From NCBI GenBank assembly GCA_964304625.1, contig OZ199840.1, positions 6,761,252-6,825,251 on the forward strand: a stretch of 64,000 nt of DNA, given 5' to 3'. The DNA is from Kudoa neothunni. Its lineage: Eukaryota; Animalia; Cnidaria. How positions within the stretch are numbered: the stretch's first letter is position 1; each line of letters begins with the position of its first letter. A model generated the notes under the pieces. That model was not told the origin of the DNA. It searched no databases and saw only the letters and a list, made by a program, of their open reading frames with translations. This document shows, piece after piece, positions 1-12,995 of this stretch. Both the position numbers and the translations under genes were made by a program.

Positions 1-386
1 GGATAGGCTCGTCGAGCCAAAGACCACCTAAATCGGTAGCGCCGGAAGGTCAACCATTAAGGGGCTAATTCACGGCACCACTTCGCCACTAACTAACAAA
101 AATACGCCAAATGAAAATAGCTAGAACAATATTGTAATATTATAAATTGTTCAAAATGTTTCTGATTTTTCTTAGGTAACTATATCGATGTAAAATTTAA
201 AAATTAATGACAGAAGTGGCTTTTGCAGTCGAGATTTTTAATCTTAAACGGGGTCTACACTTGCGCGGTGGCCAATTGCACTGGGTATGCAGCGAAGGGA
301 TTATATTATAGAAGAAACCGTTTCTAAAATTTCAACTATTTTTTTCAACATAAAACGGTCGCAATATATTTTTATCATTAAATACG

Positions 387-1466
387 AGTTAATGTGGAGT
401 TTAGGCACGTAAACTCGCGCATACCAATTCGTAATCTTTCGCGCTCATGCTAAGGATTAAAATTAAATCATGGATGTGACTGTACATTTTCCCGCAATTG
501 AATCAGTTGATGTGAACAAGATCGAACCATTCTTCCTCGACTGTTTGAAGTTAAATAAAAAGTACAGCATCGAATTCATGGCATTCATTGGACTTTTGAG
601 AAAAACAAGTGTATGTTATAATAAGGAAATGCAGTTGACACGGTGCGAAAGATGCGTTAACGGATATTCGTTCTATTGCAATCACTGTAGAAAGTATATT
701 TCTGCCCGCAAAGACTCTTTTTTGGAAGGAGATCATCTGGATCTTCCAACCATCCTAAAGATCATCTATTATTATTATTATTCCTTCGACATCAGCAGTC
801 AACGTTTTTATGAAGAAGTCATTCACATCAGTTCCAAAACTTTTGTGGATTGGAAAAATTTTATTAGGGATATATATTCGAACCATGTAATTGAGAATTC
901 CCAAAAGGTCGGTGGAGATGGAATTATCGTTCAGATTGATGAATCCAAACTTTGTAAAAGGAAGAATAGCGTGGGTAGGATATTGGTTAATCAAGATCAA
1001 TGGATTTTGGGAGGAATAGATGAAAACGGCAACGTTTTCATAACAATTACAACCAAGCGGGATCTGCCAACACTACACAAAATAATTCTTGAGAATGTGG
1101 AAAGGGGGTCAATAATATGGTCTGACTGCTGGAAAGGTTATAGGCGTCTTGATACGCATGATTTTCTCCACGAAACTGTCAACCATAGCATAGCGTTTGT
1201 CACTGAAACTGGTATGCACACCAATAGAATCGAAGCTACGTGGGGAGCCTGCAAAAGAAAGTCCCGCCATATTACGAATAAATCCCCTGGGCTTATATTA
1301 TCGTATCTATCGTAATATATATTTAAGAAAAAGTTTCTTAATAAAGTATTTCAAGAAACATTAAACCAAATTAGTGTTATTCACACATTTTGAATATTAT
1401 TGTTTGTTATTACATGCGCTACGAAGATTAGCGGGATTAGTTACGTGCCTAAACTCCACATTAGCC
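387..1466 (+). mobile_element. Merlin (IS1595/IS1016-related) DNA transposon, copy 1, complete with TIRs and 9-bp TSD
   Basis: Left end agttaatgtggagtttaggcacgtaa (387-) vs reverse complement of right end ggctaatgtggagtttaggcacgtaa (-1466); TTAAATACG duplicated at 378-386 and 1467-1475; encloses an ISXO2-like DDE ORF. Confidence 0.93.
470..1393 (+). pseudogene. Merlin/ISXO2-like DDE transposase with a single in-frame TAA at 1313-1315 (307 codons if read through to TGA 1391-1393)
   Basis: Motifs VQIDES, IWSDCW, VNHS..FV, HTNRIEATW; N-terminal Cys cluster (CERC, CNHC); the TAA aligns with the E of YLAE in copy 2. Confidence 0.88.
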
Positions 1467-1744
1467 TTAAATACGTAAATAAGGGTGAATATTTTAGATT
1501 TAATATAATTATTTAGAGAATTAATTGGTCTAAAAACGATAAAAATGTTTTTTTAAACAAGACATGAATTAATGAACAAAATTTCTTTATGTTAAATAAG
1601 CGACCTATATTTCAATGATCAAAATTATTTCCGAGATATTTTTACCATAAATCCAATTATTTATAGACATCATTTGTATGTTAATTAAGATGCTTATTTT
1701 TATTTTATTAATTAGTTAATTTTAACGCTGTGACCGCGTTTAAT

Positions 1745-2625
1745 AAAATTTAATAAACTCCAACTATATGGGAACAATTTTTTCAATATTTCCCGGGTGT
1801 CTGACTTTTTTATTATGAATTTCAAAGCTTAAATTCTTCTGTGTGTCAAACAGTAGATAAATTCTGATAGATCCAAACGTTGTCAATAATATTCAGTTAT
1901 GATAACGTTTTGCAGATTGCTCATGTTTATTCAAAGCGTTAGTCTAGTTACTCAAGTTAAAACACCTTCCTTCCACCCAGATATTTTCACTAGGCGCCGA
2001 AAACGGGCAAAGGAAACAAAAAAGTTTGTTTGTTGTAGTACATCCACGCAACCATTCTTTCCTCTCATACCATATACTATGAAAGGTACGAGTAATTTTC
2101 TCTCCTTTCTGTTGTTTAAGTTCATAAAGTTTTGGTGTTGGTCTACCATTTGTTATGATTCTCATCTTTTCTTCATACAGAAGTTTGGAAAACTGTTTGA
2201 GATAGGGATTATCCATGTTCGAAAGGAACGTGATAAAACCAAAAAACATTTCAACAGATAATCAAAATAGAGATTAGGGACGATTTATATGTAACTCGCA
2301 TTTTCTCTGAAATATTGCCTAATTTTATCACTTGGGAGACACTGATTAAGATTTAAATATTTAATAATTCAAAAAATAAATAGAATTTCATGTATGAGAG
2401 ATGCAAATCGATTCCCCTTACTGCGCGCGTCACGTGACTACACAGGGTATGTAGAATTTAGTTAGCATACCTTGACCTAAATATTAAAAATTTTTAATTT
2501 ATTTTTATATTTTATAATATGTATATTGTAAAATCATAATTGAAAATTTCATATTCATCTATATTGGAAGTTGGCAAACCAGGCATCGCAGACTTTAATT
2601 CGCCAACGCTTTACACACCCGGACT
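1745..2625 (-). mobile_element. 5' remnant of a ZMYM1/DUF4371-type hAT transposon
   Basis: ORF 1944-2249 RPTPKL..TRTFHSIWYERKEWLRGC...KLFCFLC resembles the TTF-type Zn-finger N-terminus of ZMYM1-like hAT transposases; degenerate continuation to about 1745; upstream non-coding part repeated at about 24087-24555. Confidence 0.65.
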
Positions 2626-2626
2626 C

Positions 2627-3698
2627 GACTAATATCGACTTAAGATCAAATTAATCTAGATTATTTCTCGTTCTAGTGGGGTTTGATTTTAGGATTAAAA
2701 CAAAGCATGGAGATAGTTGTTTCCGGACCAAAAATTGAATGTGTTGAACTTAGCGAAGTAGATATTCATTTATCGATATTCTTAAATGTAATAATGAATA
2801 TTGTGTCAAGTTATTCCACCATTTTGGTCCGTTGGATAATAAACCTACATGCTGCGATATTCACATGAAATTAATGAAAAGATATCAGGTGATCGTTGGA
2901 TTCGTTAATTTTTGTCCAGAATGTAAAAAACAAGAAATTGTCAGGAAAAACTCATTTTTTCAAAATAGTCATCTGAGACCTCATAATATTAAAATTGATA
3001 TTTTATTATTCCTACGATGTTTCTTCACGCAAGTTTATTGAAGAAGAATTTGGAATATCACCCAACACAATAGTCGACTGGAAGAACTTCATTAGAGACA
3101 TCTACACGAGTTATCTTCTTAATAATTCAAGGAACATTGGTGGCACTGGAATAATCGTCCAAGTCGATGAAACGTTAATTTACAAACGAAAATATGTTGG
3201 ACGGATACTTGAAAATCAAGGCCAATGGGTTTTTGGGGGCATTGATGAGGAGGGTAACATCTTTATGGAACTAACCTTGAAATGGGATAATAATACACTG
3301 GCAGACTTTATTGTGAAAAATGTTTACCCAGATTCGATAATTTGGTCAGACTCTTGGGAGGGTTACCGAAAATTAAACGAGTATGGCTATCTTCACAATA
3401 TGGTGAATCATAGTAAAGAATTCGTCTCTTCTGAAGGAGTACATACGAATCGCATAGAATCAACTTGGGGAGCATGCAAAAGAAAGTTCAGTCACGTCCG
3501 GAATAAATCGCCGAATCTTATTCCGAATTATTTGGCGGAATATTTATTTTAAAAAAATGTTTTGACAACATATTTGAGGGAATTGTTAACGTCATCCAAA
3601 CAATGTATAAATTTAACGATTAATATAATCCCTCCGGTGCGCGCCGCGCTAGAACGAGAAATAATCCAGATTAATTTGATCTAAAGTCGATATTAGCC
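2627..3698 (+). mobile_element. Merlin DNA transposon, copy 2 (frameshifted transposase from ATG 2707 to about 3620)
   Basis: About 50-bp TIRs gactaatatcgacttaagatcaaattaatctagattatttctcgttctag / reverse complement ending ..gtcgatattagcc at 3698; VQVDET, IWSDSW, HTNRIESTW motifs; no matching TSD. Confidence 0.9.
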
Positions 3699-4319
3699 TA
3701 TAATGATGTCCTCTCTAATTCATAGAAATAACAATGGCCCAATGTCAGTCTCTCCCAATAATTTATAAACGGAAGATTATTTTATTTTGAAAGGCTTGGC
3801 AACTATTTTAAACATCATGGCTCAAAAAAGTGGAGTTAAAGTCTGATTCTATTCCAGATGTTTATTCATTATTGAATCGTAATTTTATACGAAAAAATAA
3901 CTGTCTCTTTATTAATATTTTTTGTGCGCTTGTGAAAAAATACGTACTATCCGGCGGCGACCGGTATTACGTACGACCGATCCATTACTGTAGTTCAAAT
4001 AATCTATCATTGAAGAATCGGTTAAAATAAGTGAAACATTCAGATATGATATCTTCAACTTGTTCAAAAATATCAGTTGTTTCAATATCATTGTTTATTT
4101 AATCTCTCGCGTTCATTGTCTTATTTAAGCGGTAGTCATCTTGCTCCCCATCACTAGAATTGTATTCGGATACAATACCGTCATATTGACCATACAAAAT
4201 GGAATCCGATTCCAGTCCAATGTCTGATTTGTGACCACCTGGTAATAATATGATTTTTTTAAAAATATGCTCTATTTATTCCTCCCCAAATCTAGTCAGA
4301 ATACATTCCAAAGAATATA

Positions 4320-4756
4320 AACACATTTAAATCAAGGGCCGGACATTGCCGTGTGACAACCCTCGTTATACCCCCGGCCCGATGTTGCCAAATGGCAATA
4401 TGGATTAATCTATCCCTATAGTATACATATAAAAACATATTTTCTTCTTAGATTCATTTTTAGATTAAAATTATTTAACGTTATATGTGTATATTTTTTT
4501 AAAATTACTGAAACCTCAAAATTCCAAGTTCAATTGCACGATACTTTTAGCCTTTTTTATATTTGCCGTAGAGTTAGATATTCATCTGTATTGCTCTTGA
4601 TATAAAACGTAAAAATTTTTATAATTCGTTTATATAAAATCAAATTAACATTATTATTATTATTATAATAAAGATATATTTAAAAAATGTAATTAAATGG
4701 CTATAACACTCGCCAAACTAAAATGTTGCTATTTGGCAACATTGTGGTTCAAAGGG
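4320..4756. mobile_element. piggyBac-like non-autonomous element (MITE) with disrupted left end
   Basis: Right end ...atgttgctatttggcaacattgtggttcaaaggg|TTAA (4757-4760); matching inverted segment gatgttgccaaatggcaat at 4381; left terminus interrupted by a 45-bp insert. Confidence 0.55.
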
Positions 4757-4760
4757 TTAA

Positions 4761-5456
4761 GTTGTGGAATCTATTCTTCAACACCGTATATTTCACATCC
4801 TTAGCTTCATCATGGAAATTAATTTTTCCAAAATTAAATCGCTTTTTAAAGCCCTTAAACCATCCAATTATCTCACTTCCTGGATTCTTATTTCCAACAG
4901 AAAGCTCAATTCTTTTAATTGTGATATCAGAGGAGGTGAGTTAGATTTTTTATCCCTTATCTGACAGGTCCAATCATAAACGCCTTGATCATAATCAATG
5001 TTTGATCCATTATGAATGTTTTTCCTTTTATTTGATACCAATCCTCCTTCAACGATAGAAATTTTTTGTTCTTACGAAGAATCTCATTTAGGGTGGCAAT
5101 ATTCGAAATTTGGGAAATGTTTTACTGTTTCTATCTTAGCGTGTTTAAAGGGTAAACTTTCGAAATACTTTATTATTTTGTATTTCTCTTCCAAAGTTCT
5201 AACAATTTTAGCATTATTTCTTGCCATATGTATTAATTAATTGATATCAAACAAAAATTCAATCAAAAGATGGTCGAGAAAAGTGTACAAAATCGATTCG
5301 TCGCGTGATATTTATTTCCTCATTTTAGCTATTTGAAATTATTTATTTTTAGTTCAAACGCTAAAAATCTACACACATTTTATTTAAATCTAATTAGATA
5401 CTAAAAATTTCAATATAACAATTTTTTCCAAAGTGTTCAAAATCGGTTGCCTACTG
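4761..5456 (-). mobile_element. pogo/Tigger 5' fragment (degenerate CENP-B-type HTH region)
   Basis: TA|cagtaggcaaccgattttgaacactt terminus at 5456 (minus strand); ATG 5227 MARNNAKIVRTLEEKYKIIKYFE resembles the N-terminus of the pogo at 21750; truncated at TTAA 4757-4760. Confidence 0.7.
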
Positions 5457-5730
5457 TAATAATTTTCGGAGCACTCGGAAGGTTGAATAAAAGTGTTTCC
5501 ATCAAATTACTTGTGTTTTAACTCACAACAAATCGACAACACAACCAATAAGATGAGAATCAACATTAATTTTGAAAAATTTATAAATATAATTAAAAAT
5601 GTATGAAAATATACGTTTCAAAATTTTTAAAGGAAAATAGTATGGTTTTCATATACAAATTCAAGAACACATATAGGGTGATTTTGGTTATTCATTATTT
5701 GATATGTATTATTTATAAACATCTAGGCTT

Positions 5731-7007
5731 CTACAATAATGTGGGGAGAGATGCGGATTGTTGGTTTCCGAGGAATGAATCACTTAGGAATTCTGGATGA
5801 ATAGTCATTTTTTGAATACCTTCATTATTTAACATCTCGGTTATGTTGTTTATGTGTGTTCTATATTGAGCCAAATCACTCATAACAACATGTATTGTAC
5901 CTATAAAAGTATGGTGTAAAACAACAACCAACAACTCTCTTAATAAACATAAAATTACAAACAATATTTTGACTATCAAGCTCCCACACATGAAACAAAG
6001 GAATCTCTTCGATACATGGATAAATAGTCATGAGTTTATGGCTCAATTCCTTGACATTTATTCGTTTGGGTGTGCTCATTATGAGTACATTGGCCGACGA
6101 GGTTAACAGAGGAATAGTTGTCCATAGAATTATGGATACGAGTATAAGACTCATGGTGGGATCGATGTACCAAGTCCAAGGTTTACCGTCAAATACAATA
6201 AAGATAATTGTGCTTGTAATCACCACTATAGAGCCGACAAAATCCCCCATCAAATGAAGCAACACTCCTTTTAAATTCATCTGCCCGTGGCTGTGCCCAT
6301 GATGATGATGGTGATGACCTTTATGATTCGATTCAGACGATCTGTCCTCTTTGACTAATAAATTTTCACGATCCTCTAAAAAGATTTGGAGGAAATAGAA
6401 TACAACACGTTACACAATGAGTTAGACAGCAAAATATACCATCCACATGGTTAAACGTATTTCCATCAGATGATAGCAATTCGACATTTTCCCCCATATC
6501 TTTACTCTTAGGTGAATGTCTTTTATTAGCCCCACATAAAAAACATCCAGTATGACACTGGAACAGAAGAATTCCAAATATGTTAATGAAAAGACCAACA
6601 CCACCAACTATAAGGATCATTTTAGGCTCGGTTATCTCAGATTTGACCACAAGTCTTTGTATTGCTTCCACCGCTATCGATAAGCATAAAGATAGCAAAA
6701 AAACACAATTGGCGAGCGCCCCAACCACTTCCATCCTAGACCATCCATAGGTTAGAAGGGGATTTTTATTTTTTTTCTGCGACACAACCAGCGATACAAA
6801 ACCAATAGACAACGACAACAAATCGGACAACATATGAAAACTGTCAGCTACAAGCGCCATTGAATTGGTCTTGTAGCCTACAGTCAATTCCACCGTGAAA
6901 TAGGTGAATGTCAGACACAGCATTATGATAAAACTTCCACGCTGTGATATTAGAAACCTGCCACAAGAATTCATATGGCAGTTCCTCCGACAATATTCAA
7001 CCGACAT
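5731..7007 (-). CDS. Cation diffusion facilitator zinc exporter, ZnT1/SLC30A1-like; exons 7007-6440, 6375-5959, 5900-5731
   Basis: ALVADSFHMLSD (TM2 HxxxD), TYGWSRMEVVGAL, His-rich loop GHHHHHHGHSHG, LHLMGD (TM5), IDP, HVWEL, TIHPEF; GT-AG introns 6439-6376 (64 nt) and 5958-5901 (58 nt) restore the frame. Confidence 0.93.
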
Positions 7008-7132
7008 TTTGTTGACTAGATTAACTTAAGAAGTCGACCGAGTATTTATTAATGCTTTATCCATTTATAGTCGTCTAATGTGGTGTGGGCTTTCCTATTA
7101 TCACATTTATAAAATAACGAAACTATTTAATA

Positions 7133-7140
7133 TGACGTCA
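7133..7140. promoter_or_regulatory. Palindromic CRE-like site TGACGTCA upstream of the ZnT gene
   Basis: Exact 8-mer about 125 bp upstream of the ZnT ATG in the divergent ZnT/MRPS26 interval; function untested. Confidence 0.2.
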
Positions 7141-8264
7141 TTTTTTTTAAATTATAAAATAGATTTAATATAAAAATTTTGCATTTGAAATCCAGGTGGC
7201 AGGGACTTACTGAATTAACTGTAGTAGCACGTTTTCTTAAAGAGCTCATTTCGCTGGTACGATTTAGAATTGTTTTTCGACGATACCAAATATATAAACA
7301 TTCTCAGCGCATTTCAAGTGTGTCATTTTCTAATTTCACTCCTCTGAATATGTGTGTTAATTTCTCCTTACACAAAAATTGAATCCATTGTAAGTGTAGA
7401 CCTGCTGCGCCCTATTTCACAAGTTTTATCATCAAACAAATAGCTCAAAATAGTAGTCGTGCTTGAATCTTCAGATAATTTATCTTCCTTCGGTATCATT
7501 ATAGGTATGACCAAGTCATGGATGGTTTACATAGTGTTAATCTTTAAATCTTACATCATACCACTAATTTCATTAATTAAAATAGATTTTATAATTAACT
7601 TGACGTCGTAAAATCAATAATTACAAAAAAATAAAATTCATATAAACATCACATTGAATGGAAAATTTTAGTCTTTGTTATTTAGAATAAATGTTGCCCT
7701 CAGCTAACAAAACGGCATTTTTATAGTTTGGGGCATGCGCGTTACGTGAAGCATTAGTTGGATAGACTCAATCCCAAGACGAAATCTCGTCAACCTTGCG
7801 TAATAAAAAACCCACATTAAGTGTATTAAGTAAGACTATAATAAAAATTTACAGTTATAAATTTTTTAATTTCTTTCAAAGGAATATAAATGGGTGATTT
7901 TTATAATATTAACTAATAAATCTGATTTTACCGTAAAAGACCATTTTTATTATTTCTTAACCATAAATTATATTGTTTCGAAAGAATCTCTCTTATAATC
8001 TAGAAAATTTTCTGATATAGCTGTTATCAATCTTTCCTTAAATTGTCTTTTTTCACAGCACCAATACTGTTTCGTTTAATTATTTATAATCCTTTAAATA
8101 AAAGAACTATTAGAACGAATTTTCTAATGTTTATATGATTATGAAGCATTTAAAATTTTGAATTTTTAGCGTCACGACCACTCATCCATTTTCAGTCTGC
8201 GTTGCGCGAGCGTGTCAATATCAGTCTCCGGCAAGGCCTCGTCATATCGCAATCCACATTTATC

Positions 8265-9118
8265 ATGGCTAATTTGTGTCGCTGTGTGATCACTTTAAAT
8301 AAATCAGTCTTAGTAAATAGTTATGTATCAATTTTTTCGAGAATGCTATGTTCAAAAAATGAAAATTCGTTCAAACGTTCTAACAAACAAAAAAAAGATG
8401 AATATGTTCGTGTGCTTCCTAAAGAAAGCGATTATAACCAAGATGAAAAAGATCATTATACACTTACATTTGCAACCAGGATCAGTCATTTTCTCGAAGA
8501 GTTTACGTCCGACAACACAGAGACGTAATTTTCCTTGGCTAATGAGGGGAATTGTAATTTATGCTTTGCTTGCGTAGAAACAAGTCCCAAAATCAAGCTA
8601 CAAAAAATAACGTAATTGAAACGATTCCCGGATTCTCCTACAACGACCAAACTAACATCGATAACATAAGGTAGTTTTGAATTTTACTAGCAGTTAATGT
8701 TGAGATTAATCTGGTTTGATATTTAGAAGAAAATCTGCAGAAAAAGTCACCAACAAGTTCAAACAAGTAGAAAATGAAATAATAAATGAAGATAAATTGA
8801 TCGAAGAGAAACAAATAGATAATATTGTTTGCGGAATGGAATATCTACAAGTATATTGTTGGATACAATAGTTCAATTGTTTTATTGATTCGCGTTTAGT
8901 CTATTAGTGATAAATTTGTCACCTATGACAATCTTGAAACTACCATCAATCGTGTGTTAGATAATCCCACTTGTTACTGCTTTGCGTTAGATACGAATGG
9001 ACTAAAACACCATGGCTATACTCAAATTGAGAGTCAAGAAATGAAATCTTTGTGGGATGGGAATCCTCATCCAAGCAGTTTCGAATCGTATGTAGATACG
9101 AGAAAACCGTCGAATTAA
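8265..9118 (+). CDS. MRPS26: Mitochondrial ribosomal protein mS26-like (231 aa); exons 8265-8524, 8578-8670, 8727-8850, 8900-9118
   Basis: Three GT-AG introns (53, 56, 49 nt) give an open frame; C-terminal FVTYDNLETTINRVLDNPTCYCFALDTNG resembles the MRPS26 FIT.ENL...I..ALD.P..YN.AI...G motif; basic, Ser/Arg-rich N-terminus like a transit peptide. Confidence 0.72.
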
Positions 9119-10646
9119 TTTTTCTTATTCTTTTTTGTTATACCCACAAACTTTGACAATTTTTGGCATGAATAATTAAATTTTACAGCCGATCGTTAAT
9201 TTATTGGAGATCGATGTTTTATGAGTTAATTTAATCTATAAGGTGTATATTTTAAATTAATCTCCAATTATAGAACATCTATGCCACTGTATAACTCTTG
9301 CTTTTAACATTTTCATCTATTAGATCTTAATTTATATTTTTTCTAAATTTCATATTTATTTCAATGAGGTTGTCAGAAGTATTGCTTAATATGATAAGTT
9401 GGAAAATTATCCTAAGCCATAAGATAACGTACGTAACGAAATTTAAAAAAATAATGATGAATTATATAAAAATTTTAAATGTGGATGTATTCAAAGTGTC
9501 TTATGAATTTAAATAATGGAAATATTGGTTTTCTGGCTAGCACGTTTATAACCGGGTTGGGTGAAATAGCCTAAAAAATATTTAAGTGCTTCATACATAT
9601 AAATAATTTTTAAGTTCAGTGATTTGAAAAAAGTACAATAAAAAGGGCATGAATTTTGATGGCTATGCTGCCGTCAATAATCCAATTATCACTTCTAACC
9701 GAAGAGATCAAACAATTATGCATAAGATATTCCGTCAAGTATATCTACAAATTAATAAGTTAGCTTTATTAAACTAACAACCAGGCGATATAAAATCAAA
9801 ATTTTTAACGGCTTGTGTAATTTAAGAACTAGGTATTTAGCTACAGATGAAAAAGATAATAGAATTCAAACTTTCAGAAAATGATGTAGCAATAATTAAA
9901 AATGATAAAAATAAATTTCTTTCTAAGATTTCTTTGTTTTATGTGAATGATTACTGCCCCAATTATATCAAAAGAACGATAACAAAACGTACATTTTAAT
10001 GTGCGAACGCCCTTAACTAATAAAGGGGATTAACTTAATGGTTTTACTCACTTCTTCCCCTTCTCGAAAAGGATTGTATTAAATTTTCTAATTACTGTTA
10101 AGTGAAAAAATATTTAGATAAACCATTCACCTCGTTCGATCATTAGATAAGTTATAATTTCATTTATGTTTCATTTAATTAAAAAAATTTAAATAATTTA
10201 CATCGGATTTAACTTGTGACTAAAAAATTTTCGATCAATTATTTCGACAAGTTCATTCATAACGAAAAATTCAATCTGGCCATACGCTCAGCCTGATATA
10301 GATATCGAAATCTGCAAGCATTAAATATTTCAGTGCTTGTACTCTTTAAAAAATACTGTCATAGAAACACTAATTTTAATATAAATGAAATTATAACCGA
10401 AGAAAAAATCCAAACAACAAACTTTAGCCAAAAGTATGACTAGGAATTATTTTTAATTCCTATTAAACTCATAATATCCGTATTATTGGGAGAGTAGTCA
10501 CACTTGTTAATCTCAAGTACGATTCGATTTTTGTTATATTTATAAAATTTCTCTATACAATTCGTCACATTTCTAATTAATCCAAAGAAATTTGTATTTA
10601 ATCGCGAAAAAACAATGTTTTTATAATTTAAAAGTAAAGTTATTAT

Positions 10647-11754
10647 CTACCCACTGATAATTTCACCGCGAGATGATTTTTCAAGATATGATACCATTTT
10701 ATTATAGAAGCCATCACAACGCGACGAGGTGAACTCCTCAAAACACTGAGGAATAGCTAACTCCAATTCATTTTCATTCTGGCTACACCCACCAATTACC
10801 AAATTTCTTCACAAAGCAAATACGTTTTACACGTGATAGAGGAAAGGAGAATATGGCGGTAAGTATTTTATCGTCAAATTCTCCTTCAATATTATGAATT
10901 GTAACTCATCGTATTGGTGGATCCCTGAGTCATCCATGATAAAAACGGGGCTCTCTATTCCTTTATCAATACGGCAGTCTTAAGTTTTTGAGATAAATTT
11001 TGAATTCGTCCTCTGTAATCGTTTAATTTTGGACTCTTTTGTATATCACACCATCTTTATTTGCAACAATCATAACTGAAATATTTCGACTTTTTGCTGT
11101 AGGAACTAACGCGTAAGTTGAGTTTCCCCTCCGAAATTCCCCGCGTTTTATCCTTGTCACCACAGCAAAATCAACATCGCCAAGAAACCCAATATGCTCA
11201 TGTTTCACTTTAAGTTCTAGGTTAAGAAACATGTCAGCGTATTCCTTTCTTTGTTTCAAGAAATTATTGCAATTTCTGCACTTTGGAGTTGTCTTAAGAT
11301 TCTTTATTGTGTATTGGAATTCCCCCATTACACAATCAATGGTACTGATTGAAACACTCTTGCCAAACCCCTCTTGGACTTTTTGTCGAAGCTCTTTCAG
11401 AGTAATCAATGGATTTTCATCAATCCATTTGATTATTTTCTCTTTATCTTGTGCTGATAATATTGAGCGTCTATTACCACCTCTTTTCTTTGATTCCAAG
11501 CTATTGGTCTTCTTGAAATTCGCTATTATACTTGAAATAGCAGTTCTAGATAGCCCGGTTTCTATTATAATTCCAGAATTATTCATTCCCAAATTACATA
11601 GTCCATAAATCTCTTCCCCGATATGCATTGATGTAGTGGATCTTTGTTGACGTCTTTCTTGCGTTTTTTCGTTAGGAGAAGTTTTTATTATACTTGATTC
11701 TGAATCCAGAGGAGCATTTCCTGAATCATGATGTTGAGAGTTCATCATCAACAA
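10647..11754 (-). pseudogene. IS630/Tc1-type DD34E transposase, degenerate and apparently intronless
   Basis: HTH region (TGLSRTAISSII, KRGG, WIDENPLITLKEL); decayed first D (FLGDVDFAVV); downstream fragments FIMDDSGIH and YLPPYSPFL; TIRs not found. Confidence 0.8.
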
Positions 11755-12995
11755 TATGGGTATCTCTAATTAGATCTTCAATTATGGAAATGAGCTCGTA
11801 TGTTTGCAATCAAGGCCGTCGGTTTGGGAATGAACTCGTAATTGTTGCAATAAAGATCGTCGTGCTTCCAATTAATCGCAAAAGATTTATAATCAAGCAT
11901 ATAATAAAAGCAACTTTGTTTTAGTGTTATTTAAATCATATAAAGAAATTTTGTATCCTATTCATTTATTGAATTACAACGAAATGATCATCCAAGTCAT
12001 TACATAATTATTCTGTGAAAACCATAAAAATAAAACATATTTAATCATCAAACCATTTAGAAATGGCTTATAGTAATTTATTTTCATTCTGGTTACATTG
12101 GCTACTTAATGTTTTCAAGCGAAATACAGTTGTTTCTGGATATTGCGCAGTTGAAGCATGTACGATGCTATAAAAGTTGTTAGTTTTAACAATTCTTATA
12201 TGTTGAAAACTTTGTTCGATAAATGCTTAAAACAGTTTAATTTTTAAGGATTTAATGACATAGATAAAATTTTAAATAAGATACTAATTAATCTGTCATT
12301 CAAAAATTTATTTACAACGATTAAATCAAATGTGGCAATTGATCTACATAATAGATTCAACGAATGTTCATCGAATATTAATTTCTTTTTTACTTGAAAC
12401 TTTACAAAACCAACCCTGATTAATTATTCATTATTTTTTATCTCAATAATTAATCACACTTACAGGAAATGCAATCCATCTCTGGCTTTATACTGCGACT
12501 GGCACAAAAGCCCCGCTTCGCGTAGGTTTCCTTGCCCGACCAAGTAGACTAAAGCTTTGAGTAGGCCAAGGTCATTTTAAGTATAAAGTAAATTAAGAGT
12601 ATTTGGACAAATAGAACAAAGATTACGCAAATAAAATTTGATCTATTTAATTAATATAGAAATGGTGTAAAACCTAAAGAAAACATTTATTAATGCGTTT
12701 TTAGTTATTAAGTTTAATATTACGACATATATTTATAATCTACTGAAACACCAAACTTTGATATGTGAGTATATGATCTACTTAGATTTCTTGACCGTTA
12801 ATTGTTACGTTTTACACAGTACGTTCACAAAAATGTACGTTTAAAGAATGTAAACATAAATATCACATGAGTTTTCTCAAATTTATTTTAATTTTGTAAC
12901 GCATTAATATATAAAAAGTGGCAACCAATGAGTTATCTGATCGGTCTCTGTTATTTATTATAAATAAATTTTGGAGTTATTAATGTAAATAACTA

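Noticed and set aside
1-100. GC-rich hairpin segment as an ncRNA (similar patches at 12490-12575, 24005-24075 and 59700-59880)
   Set aside because: No recognisable tRNA, snRNA or SRP motifs; more likely TE fragments; would need an Rfam scan
470-3552. Bacterial IS1595 or contamination
   Set aside because: Elements are embedded (one with a TSD) among intron-containing eukaryotic genes and fit eukaryotic Merlin
7406-7412. Metal-response element TGCGCCC upstream of ZnT
   Set aside because: Single 7-mer inside what looks like a TE remnant; expected by chance
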